Origin: Candidatus Methanophagales archaeon
GTDB lineage: Archaea > Halobacteriota > Syntropharchaeia > Alkanophagales > Methanospirareceae
Assembly: GCA_025435355.1 (NCBI GenBank)
Contig: JANJFQ010000002.1
Coordinates: forward strand, 1-52,764
DNA: 52,764 nucleotides
Direction: 5' to 3'
Below, piece by piece: positions 8,357 to 16,117 of this stretch (position 1 is the stretch's first letter; every line of letters starts with the position of its first letter). The position numbers and the translations under genes are program-made. Below the pieces are notes generated by a model, which did no database searches, was not told where the DNA came from, and saw only the letters and a program-made list of their open reading frames with translations.

Positions 8357-9336
8357 TCATTTATAAAAAATCGTATTCTGCTAATGTTAGTTAAACGTCC
8401 CAAATAACCAGTAAAAGCAGCCGTTTCATCCGCAAGAAGTGACTTTCCTAATTCAATATCTCCAAAGTACCAAGTACCTTCCGATGTCCTGCTTATTATA
8501 TTATACTCGCCAATTTTGTTCACTTTAAAACACATAGGCATAGCAAATGTCCAATCAGAAGTTAATGGACTTCTCGATCTAACTTCTTCATAGTCATTTG
8601 GGTGGATTGAATTTTGTGACGCAGGATTTGGAATGACAATGAAAGAATTTTTCTTAGGGAATTCGTTAACAAGTAACAATACGCCGTCTAAGGCTATGTT
8701 TTTCATTTTTAACCATTTTTTAATTCCTTTCGTTAGATACTCTAAGCCAAAAGAAACATCACGCATATCTAATATCACAACCTTTCTATATCCAGAGTTT
8801 CTTTCTTTTTTCAAAATTTGACTTTTTGCGTGTTTTATCCCTTCTTGTGCTTTTCTTAAGAGATTCTTATGATACGGGATTGTAGATACAAGTATCTCAC
8901 TGGCATTATTTAAGATAATATTAGAATTTTGTTGCTGAGTGTAAGGAAATTGAATGACTGTTGGGCGATCCCCATATATTACCTGAGTGAAGGTATTTTG
9001 TGTAGCGTATTTTTCGGTTAGAAAAAGAAGTGTAGAGTTCAATCTTTTAATTTCGTCAAGTTCCCATGTAAGTGTTTTAACTTCGTATATAATTTTATCC
9101 TTCACAAAAGTGTGATCGCCCTTTCCTTCGTATTTGTGGTTATTTTCAAATTTGTAGGTTCTCCCGAGTAATTCGAGCGAATCTATTTCCGAGTGTTTGG
9201 ATAATAATTTATGAGCAATCTGATTTGTTTTTAATTCACCTATTAGATTTTTTATATCTGCTCCTTTCTTCCCTAAAGAGAGCGCTTTTTTCCTTAAGTT
9301 TCTTATAAATTCCGCTTTTTCTATGATGGTTATCAT
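8326..9336 (-). CDS. Hypothetical protein, 336 aa (no recognisable motif)
   Basis: A long uninterrupted ORF in AT-rich DNA, co-directional with the ATPase and phosphatase genes. An aggaaag lies upstream of the ATG. Confidence 0.6.
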   Translation of the reverse strand: MITIIEKAEFIRNLRKKALSLGKKGADIKNLIGELKTNQIAHKLLSKHSEIDSLELLGRTYKFENNHKYEGKGDHTFVKDKIIYEVKTLTWELDEIKRLNSTLLFLTEKYATQNTFTQVIYGDRPTVIQFPYTQQQNSNIILNNASEILVSTIPYHKNLLRKAQEGIKHAKSQILKKERNSGYRKVVILDMRDVSFGLEYLTKGIKKWLKMKNIALDGVLLLVNEFPKKNSFIVIPNPASQNSIHPNDYEEVRSRSPLTSDWTFAMPMCFKVNKIGEYNIISRTSEGTWYFGDIELGKSLLADETAAFTGYLGRLTNISRIRFFINERLASEVEVV

Positions 9337-9444
9337 CTTTCCTATTTAACATTCTTGTTTTTTATATAAATATCTTGCTATCCCTATCCCCCTGCAGTAA
9401 ACCTCCAACGATAAAGGGTATGTCAAATGTATATTCACCTCAAT

Positions 9445-9880
9445 TTATCCCGGTTCCCGAACAAAAATGCTCAATAGTTCTTCTTGCTCACGAGTTTCTA
9501 GTACTCTGGGCACAACATGCTCTGACATGCTTCATCGCATCATCTGCGTTGAATCCGTTTGAAATCAGGTATGCTGCTGTGACCATACCATTTCTTCCTA
9601 TACCGCCCGAACAATGCACTAACACAGCTTTTCCATCTTCAATTTCGCTGTTTATCCATTCTACAACATCGTGCAGCTCATCTAAACTCGGCGTTCCAAA
9701 ATCTAGAATGGGTAAGTGTTTCACTTTTGCACCGAATTCAGCCCACAGTTCCGGGGCATAATCAAATTCCCAGTTTTCTACAAGTATCGCAACGGCTTTG
9801 AATGTCCTGGACAAATCCTTTATTTGCTATTCTGATGGCATCGGAGCCATTGCAAGTTTTTCTGCTATCCATGAGACCAT
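9445..9880 (-). pseudogene. Archaeal PTP/dual-specificity phosphatase gene with an in-frame TAG and a probable 3' frameshift
   Basis: Has the HCxxGxxR P-loop (HCSGGIGRNG). The ATG at 9880 gives MVSWIAEKLAMAPMPSE-TAG(9829-9827)-QIKDLSRTFKAVAILVENWEF in one frame. After HVRACCAQST the family-like tail ETREQEELLSIFVREPG* appears in another frame, ending at 9445. Confidence 0.75.
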
Positions 9881-9897
9881 TTTTTCGGATTTGTGTC

Positions 9898-11973
9898 TTA
9901 CCTCTCATAAAAAGGAACGGCATCAAATCTTATTGCATCCCTGTTACTTGAGAACTTCACATAAGCTGAGAACTTAGAGGATAGGTCATTCTTTACATTC
10001 TGCCATGTAACTTTACCGCCAAGATGCTCAGCAATGCTTTTAGCGTATTTCGGATCGGTCAGTTGCAATGACATAATTCCGCCTATGTTATTGTAAACGA
10101 CATCGGTAAAGTCCACAGGGTCTTGCGTTGCAAGGAGCATTCCAACACCATACTTCCTCGCTTCTTTAAGTAATTGCCCTGCTGATGCCTCCCTTTCGTA
10201 TTTAAGGCGATGTGCCTCGTCAATGGTGACGTATAACCTTGGCTCTCGGGATTCTCCAAGTTTATCGAGGTAATATCTCAGTTTTCGCATAAAGAACTCA
10301 CAAACCACTGATTTAAGCTTCTCATTGGGTAAAATTCCTAGATTCACAACTGTTTGACCTTTCGTAATTTTCTCAAAAGGCATCACAGTTTTAGCAGAAA
10401 ATATCCTATAGTCAAAAATAGGGTCTAATCTGGCAAATATGCCTTCAATTGAAGACCTTGTCCCGCTATCTCCTCCCTCAAATATCCTATTTAAGTTATT
10501 TTGGATATCATCAAACGTTGGCGGGACATTGTTCCAGCTATCCTCCTCCTCTTCGTTGATACTCTTGTCTTCATAGCTATGTTTGATAGCACTTCGGATG
10601 TATCCTATTTGCCTTTCACCAATATTATAAACCAAGTCAATGATGTCTGAAATCTGGTATTTCTGATCTTTTGGAGTGTTATCGCCATCAAGTTCAAGTG
10701 GATTGATTGATATTGTGCTCAAATCTAATATTTGACCAAATTCTGATTCTTTTTCTTTTGAAATATAATCGTTCCGGAAGTCAAAAATTATATATGGGAG
10801 CTTAAATTTCGCAAATTCGGAAAGAATAGCTTTTACTGTTTGTGTCTTTCCAGTTCCCGCACTTCCAACGATAACAAAACTCCAGTTAATCTCCTTTTTT
10901 GGCTCCCAAAAAATCTCTTTGTTGTTTTTATCACTACCTAAAAGTATTTTCAGATCAGAAGGAGATGGGATTGGAGGCTTAATCTCTTCCTTTACGTCAG
11001 TTATAACCTTAACGACCTCTTTTTCTTCTTCTTTGCCTTTTCCTTCAATTCTCTCTGACGAAGTTTCAAAAATGGGCTCCAACAGATTCTTTTCAAGCCA
11101 ATCTTCGTATCTACGTCTGTTTTTAATCGAAAACGGAGCTTGTGAACCCTGAAAACCCCGATACTTGCTTGTTATCCCCATTTCCGCCATTTTATTTACG
11201 GTTTCTTTAATTTTTTCCTCGTCAAGCTCAGCGCTTATCAGTTGTTCCCACAAAAAATCCCTAAACGCATCTGAGGAATAAGGATGAGCAAAATAAGAGT
11301 AAGATAATACACCATATATCCTAATTTTGTCGTGTTCTTCGGGTGTAGTTGTAAAGGCTTCTTTTGGGCAAAGTTCCATCAAAACCTCGAAAACTTCTGG
11401 AGCGATAACATAATTTTCTTCACGAAGACCCTTCGCAACATAGTGCTTTGTTCTGATACACAATCCAAATCCCTCTAGCTTCATTAATACAGAAGTCCAA
11501 GCTCTGTGGATTTTGTTGCTCTTTCTAAGGCGGTCCTTCCAGTTAAAACCAACTATGTCACCTGCATCAACTGGATAAATAAATTCTCTATACTCCTTTT
11601 TTAGATAATGCTCCTGGATAATAAAATTTAAGATCTTTTGTGGTTGTTCATTCAAAAATCTCTCTATATCTTCTTTATTTTCGTCAATTAGGTTAGTTAC
11701 CGCCAGTTCACCAATTTTTAATCCCTTTTCCGTAGTGCAATAGAGATGATTAGAGTAATATTTACCCTCCTCAATGTAGTTGTGCTTCAACAACAATGCA
11801 ATGAGTTTAGTATCAAATTTATAGCAATCCTGCTGTAATATACCATATCCATTCCCAACATTTTGCCCGATATAAATATCCCTTATGATTTCGATGCATT
11901 GAGATATCTCATCATCGTTCAAATCTTCTTCCTTCAATTCTTCTTTAAGATCTGCCAAATTGGAATCATCCAT
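9898..11973 (-). CDS. HerA/FtsK-superfamily (DUF87/AAA_10-like) P-loop ATPase with a ~340-aa uncharacterised N-terminal region
   Basis: Walker A is VIVGSAGTGKTQT and Walker B is LYVTIDEAHRL, followed by ARKYGVGMLLATQDPVDF, which is typical of HerA/VirB4-like ATPases. The N-terminal 340 aa show no motif I recognise. Confidence 0.8.
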   Translation of the reverse strand: MDDSNLADLKEELKEEDLNDDEISQCIEIIRDIYIGQNVGNGYGILQQDCYKFDTKLIALLLKHNYIEEGKYYSNHLYCTTEKGLKIGELAVTNLIDENKEDIERFLNEQPQKILNFIIQEHYLKKEYREFIYPVDAGDIVGFNWKDRLRKSNKIHRAWTSVLMKLEGFGLCIRTKHYVAKGLREENYVIAPEVFEVLMELCPKEAFTTTPEEHDKIRIYGVLSYSYFAHPYSSDAFRDFLWEQLISAELDEEKIKETVNKMAEMGITSKYRGFQGSQAPFSIKNRRRYEDWLEKNLLEPIFETSSERIEGKGKEEEKEVVKVITDVKEEIKPPIPSPSDLKILLGSDKNNKEIFWEPKKEINWSFVIVGSAGTGKTQTVKAILSEFAKFKLPYIIFDFRNDYISKEKESEFGQILDLSTISINPLELDGDNTPKDQKYQISDIIDLVYNIGERQIGYIRSAIKHSYEDKSINEEEEDSWNNVPPTFDDIQNNLNRIFEGGDSGTRSSIEGIFARLDPIFDYRIFSAKTVMPFEKITKGQTVVNLGILPNEKLKSVVCEFFMRKLRYYLDKLGESREPRLYVTIDEAHRLKYEREASAGQLLKEARKYGVGMLLATQDPVDFTDVVYNNIGGIMSLQLTDPKYAKSIAEHLGGKVTWQNVKNDLSSKFSAYVKFSSNRDAIRFDAVPFYER

Positions 11974-12112
11974 AATATCAAAATGTTGTGCGGTACTTAA
12001 ATATATGACTTTCGAAATATATAACCCAGAATGAACAAGGGGCCGTCACGCGAAAATGCTTTTTTAGTGCGGTAACATTTCCACACTCGTTTCTCGCAAC
12101 TTCTTGTTGAGT

Positions 12113-12310
12113 AGAGTTCATATCCCACATCACCCTAGTGTCATCACTGCATGTTACCCGACTGGATGCAATGTTCAGTTCTGAGGTGGTGGCACCTTTC
12201 CTCAGGTTGAATTTCCACCAACTGGATAATACGAATTTTGCTCGGCACACACATGTAGCTTCGGTTTCGGGTTCAGCGTTTTTCCGGTAAGCGGTTGGCG
12301 ACTGAAAGAA
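12113..12310. repeat. R2 repeat, copy B
   Basis: Aligned by eye to 13686-13860 (catcac.gc.tgttacc..gactggatg.aa.gttcagtt...caccaactggata...tttgctcggca.ac). It carries an extra hairpin-forming insert, ctgaggtggtggcacctttcctcag. Confidence 0.7.
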
Positions 12311-12525
12311 GTTCGCCGATAAGCTAATTTGTGCTGAACGAAGCGAGCTATATAGCTCATGATAAGTGGGTGCGACGGAGTAACAAAACTAATTTCATAT
12401 ATTTTTTAAAAATCAATAAAACGAATGCTCTTTTTTGTTCAAAAATCGCTATTTGATTTCATATAATTCACCAACCGTGATTTTCCACTCTATTCATGCC
12501 CAAAGTAGTTACATTTCCCCAAATC

Positions 12526-12975
12526 TCAAAATTCTAACTCAAACTCATCTTCAACTTCTTCTTTTAACGCACCCTCATGGATTGTCCGTTTGATTCTTTT
12601 CATCGTAATTCGGTTTAAGTTGTATCTCTTGCTTACATACCTTTTTTCTTTTGATTTTTCCTTGAGATAATTATAAAGCTGCAATGTAACCCAGCCATAA
12701 GCTACAATATCCATCACTTCTCTAATCCCTGTCAATAATATGGTGATATCAACACAATCCTCAGTTGAAATAGACTCTATTACTATCGGCAATCTCTTTG
12801 GTATCTTTTTATTGGGGATAATGTCCCTATCCTCCCATTGTAGTCGAAATTCTATAACTCCTCGATTAATTATAGAGAATATCCAGTTCAGATCACTACT
12901 TTTCAAAAACTTGTAGTCAATATGAATTCCGATACTATATCCAACTTGATCAATATCTCGTATCAACTCTTTCAT
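12526..12975 (-). CDS. Hypothetical protein, 149 aa
   Basis: The ORF lies immediately downstream of, and co-directional with, the membrane-protein gene. It has an acidic C-terminus and no recognisable motif. Confidence 0.45.
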   Translation of the reverse strand: MKELIRDIDQVGYSIGIHIDYKFLKSSDLNWIFSIINRGVIEFRLQWEDRDIIPNKKIPKRLPIVIESISTEDCVDITILLTGIREVMDIVAYGWVTLQLYNYLKEKSKEKRYVSKRYNLNRITMKRIKRTIHEGALKEEVEDEFELEF

Positions 12976-13118
12976 GTTTCCACCTCTTTATTTGACAGGA
13001 ATATATGGAGCTTGCACTTACATAAAGTTTACTGGATTCAAATATGCACATAAATATCCATGATTTTAGCAACAATGAACAAAAAACACTCAATTGGAAT
13101 TGCATTTGTGATTCTATT

Positions 13119-13502
13119 TCAAAGAATAGCGAATATCGCGGTATCTCCCAATATTACTGCTCTGTAAATTTCAGAAATTATCACAGCAATTATTATTCCG
13201 GTCCCAGTAAGACCAAGATAATCCTCAATGACACCATAATGAAAAATCTGTTTCCAAAAATTGCGTATAGTCTTTATTTTGGATTTTGAACTGTGCTTGG
13301 CTGCTTTATTGACTAACCATGTTTTTGTGAAAATTTTATCAAGAGAGATTAAAAGAATACCACCCAGCATTGCAACCTCAGAATAATTTTGAGAAATCAT
13401 AATTAAAACAAAAGTGAAAACTATTATCAACAACAAAATAAGAATCCGCGGACGCACATTGTTTGGGTCATGTGTATCACCCATCCCTCCTTTAATTCTC
13501 AT
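13119..13502 (-). CDS. Hypothetical small membrane protein (about 3 predicted TM helices)
   Basis: Hydrophobic stretches are ILILLLIIVFTFVLIMI, AMLGGILLISL and GTGIIIAVIISEIYRAVIL. The gene sits directly downstream of R2 copy C. Confidence 0.5.
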   Translation of the reverse strand: MRIKGGMGDTHDPNNVRPRILILLLIIVFTFVLIMISQNYSEVAMLGGILLISLDKIFTKTWLVNKAAKHSSKSKIKTIRNFWKQIFHYGVIEDYLGLTGTGIIIAVIISEIYRAVILGDTAIFAIL

Positions 13503-13685
13503 TTTTTATTTCCTCCAAGAACGCTATTTCCCAGCATTAATTTTTTCCATTTTTCATCCTTAAGATTGCGCATAACTTCGGTATATCCGACATCAATGTC
13601 GTATATCCCTCCTTGTCGCAATCATAGCATAGGATATATATAAACATTTCTATACGCGAAATAATTATTAATTATTATCGAGTAG

Positions 13686-13922
13686 ATCTCATATACCACA
13701 TCTCCTTGGCTTCATCACAGCCTGTTACCAGCCAGACTGGATGTAAGGTTCAGTTCAGAAGGTTGGATTTTCACCAACTGGATAGATAGTATGAACTTTG
13801 CTCGGCATACTCATATTTGCTTTGGTTTTCAGCTTTATCGCTTTTTCAGGTGAAAGTAGGGGAGAATAAAACGTTAAATCAAAGGTGATAGCATGGCTAA
13901 GAAGAAGGAGTTAATGGTTGGG
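13686..13922. repeat. R2 repeat, copy C (longest; shares its left half with B and its right half with A)
   Basis: See copies A and B. It ends with a truncated MAKKKELMVGKLS* start. Confidence 0.7.
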
Positions 13923-13991
13923 AAACTATCTTAAGCTTAGTTTTAAGGATATATGGGTATGAAAAGGTAAGAACTAACCTCTTATATTATC

Positions 13992-14468
13992 TTAAATCTC
14001 CGGGTCTATACCTATGCTTTTTAGTTTACAAAAAAGTTTGGCAAGAATATCATCAATCGTTTTAATATCTTGTTTCTTAAATGAAGAGAGTTTTTTATAA
14101 TTTTCTTTCTTGTCATACAGTGATTTCTTATAATCCTGCCAAGTAAGAGGAATCGGATATCTCCCCCATATAACCGCAAAAATTGACAATCTCTTTAACA
14201 GGTCTTTCTCAGTTTTTGTGAAGCTTTCTAAAATATTAGCATCTTTGAATAATTCTATCAGATTATGTTTTTGTATTTTTCCGTTGAGTTTTCCATTATT
14301 GACATGGGTATCAGGTTCTTCATGTATAAGGATGCACTTGATTAGGTTCTCAAAGGCAAATGAATTTAGCATCATGTAGGTGTTAATATAATGGTATATT
14401 GGCAAGTCATCATTATCCTCGATTAAGAGTTTTTTTGCGGCGGATAGTAAACCCGTTGCCTTATTAAG
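13992..14468 (-). pseudogene. HEPN-like protein gene, 3' portion, interrupted by IS insertion
   Basis: Motifs are AFENLIKCILI, KIQKHNLIELF and WGRYPIP (HEPN-like helices and an RYP signature). The frame stays open upstream (LNKATGLLSAAKKLLIEDNDDL) right up to the IS boundary. Confidence 0.5.
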
Positions 14469-15912
14469 CTAGCTGGAAAGGGTCATTACATAGCTTACCG
14501 AAAAGGCTCAATACATAGGTTACTCCTATTTGTCAAGTTAGGTTCATTACATCGCGTACCATTTTAGGATTTCAGAGTATCGTCTTTAAGAGGTTTGACC
14601 TCTTCACTTAGCTCGTATTCAAATTTTTTTATCAATGCAGCAGTATCCTGGTCTTTTGCTCGGTAAAATATCCCTATCGTCTGTTTTCTCAAGCAGATAG
14701 TAGCCCAAACGTATTCGCTGATGAACTCCTCACCAACTTTAAAGGCTTCATTCAGGACATTGATCCTCCCTTCATTATCAACCTTTCTGATGAAGTGTAT
14801 CTTCCCATCAGTAAGTGGCTGTTTTCCCAAATCGATTTTTATGGTATCTTTCAGCATTTTAGCAGTTTTAAACTCTGTTAATTCTTCATTTTTCTTCTTC
14901 CATGCACTAAGAGCGTTATATTGCTCAACAAAATGCGTTGATTTAACACGCATGTCTTCCAGACTTGTGAATGTTTCTTTAGCCCAGAACTTCTCCTCAA
15001 ACCATCCATTGAAGTTCTCGATGCTCCCGTTCATCCAGGGGGTCTTAGGATTAATGAAAACCACTTCAACACCTGCGTATAAGCAGGATCTTATAAAACG
15101 GCTGAATCTACGCGGGTATTTAAAGTCCCCGATGAAGTACATCCCGTTATCGACCTGTAAATATCTAGGAATTGGATTATTACGCCAATACTGGATAAGA
15201 AAGCCGATTATATTATCCATGCTTTTGGTATCGTACTGCTCAATGTGAACGCGATTGCAGACCACATCGATGAGATTAAGGGAAGAAACGGCACCATATC
15301 CTTTAATAAATCTTGGACCAACGAAGTCCATCTGGTGCATTTCGTCGATCTGTGTAGGATTTAAAATCGTGTATCTTTTTTTGGATTTTACTCGTTTATA
15401 GCGCTCCCGCTTATTCACTTTCAGACCATGCTTCTTCACAATCCGCTTTATCGTTGATACAGAGGGTATCTCATCCTTCGAAAAACTGAGCTTCTCCATT
15501 CTATATTGAATTGCATCAGCACCTACGCCGAGATATTTTGATTCATGCTCGTTACCCTCCATTAGCGCTTTTCTGATGTTTACAATCGTGCTTTCGATCT
15601 CAGTGCCTGTTTTTCTTCCATGGTTTTTAGGTGCCTTTGACTGGGATTTGTACCACTTTTCCTCCCCAGTTTCGAACCTACTCACCCATGTAAATAGCCA
15701 TGTCTTTGACCTACCTACGTCTCTACAAATATTCGCCGGCTTATCGCCCTTAATATACCGATTTATGGCATCAATCCTCTCTTGTTCCTCAACATCCATA
15801 ACGCATCACTAAGGATGCTTTAATGGAGTCTATATCAAAAAGAGTTCGCGATGTATTGAGCCTTTATTTGTCAAATGAAATGGTTCACGATGTATTGAGC
15901 CTTTACAGCTAG
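14469..15912 (-). mobile_element. Intact IS element with an rve-type DDE transposase (IS481/IS3-like; family uncertain)
   Basis: The imperfect terminal inverted repeats are ctggaaagggtcattacat (14473-) and the reverse complement of cctttacag (-15908). Several subterminal aaagg(c/g)tca(a/t)tacat repeats occur at both ends. CTAG flanks both ends (14469-14472 and 15909-15912), a possible 4-bp target duplication. Confidence 0.85.
14564..15799 (-). CDS. Transposase, N-terminal HTH plus integrase-core (rve) DDE domain
   Basis: 411 aa. Candidate catalytic residues lie in HQMDFVGP, LQVDNGMYF and NGSIENFNGWF (a D, D, E pattern as in IS481/IS3 transposases). Confidence 0.85.
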   Translation of the reverse strand: MDVEEQERIDAINRYIKGDKPANICRDVGRSKTWLFTWVSRFETGEEKWYKSQSKAPKNHGRKTGTEIESTIVNIRKALMEGNEHESKYLGVGADAIQYRMEKLSFSKDEIPSVSTIKRIVKKHGLKVNKRERYKRVKSKKRYTILNPTQIDEMHQMDFVGPRFIKGYGAVSSLNLIDVVCNRVHIEQYDTKSMDNIIGFLIQYWRNNPIPRYLQVDNGMYFIGDFKYPRRFSRFIRSCLYAGVEVVFINPKTPWMNGSIENFNGWFEEKFWAKETFTSLEDMRVKSTHFVEQYNALSAWKKKNEELTEFKTAKMLKDTIKIDLGKQPLTDGKIHFIRKVDNEGRINVLNEAFKVGEEFISEYVWATICLRKQTIGIFYRAKDQDTAALIKKFEYELSEEVKPLKDDTLKS

Positions 15913-16028
15913 CTATATGGATTCTTGACTATGTCTTCGTACATATTAATCCATTCATCTTCGGTAATTTTACTCAAATCCCTTTCTTTTAAACGGATGT
16001 CTTTTAACTTAATGTTGATTTTGACCAT
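15909..16028 (-). pseudogene. 39-codon ORF: probable 5' part (or upstream partner) of the IS-interrupted HEPN-like gene
   Basis: aggag is followed by ATG at 16028: MVKINIKLKDIRLKERDLSKITEDEWINMYEDIVKNPYS. It ends in the TAG formed by the CTAG at the IS junction. Confidence 0.4.
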
Positions 16029-16117
16029 ATACACACTCCTATATTCTTGTAAGAGGCGGGATTTCTGGATTTCAACAGCGAGAAACTAAGTTGGAGTTTG
16101 GTGCAATAGCAGGTTTG

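Noticed and set aside
8127-8366. 79-aa plus-strand ORF starting MAKKKALMVG with a good SD.
   Set aside because: Its first part belongs to the R2 repeat; the same start is truncated after 12 codons in copy C. Its second half is merely the antisense of the phosphatase remnant. It may be the relic of a real gene start but is not a credible intact gene.
9827-9829. In-frame TAG in the phosphatase gene (and the TAG at the IS junction, 15909-15911) as evidence for pyrrolysine or TAG recoding.
   Set aside because: radA and rps14 in the same window terminate at TAG in the expected positions. The phosphatase also appears frameshifted near its 3' end. The second TAG is created by the CTAG at an IS junction. 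No pyl genes are in the window. A pseudogene is the simpler reading.
11978-12250. 90-aa minus-strand ORF upstream of the ATPase gene.
   Set aside because: It lies within R2 copy B. The homologous DNA in copy C has stops and a different frame, so the sequence is conserved as DNA and not as protein.
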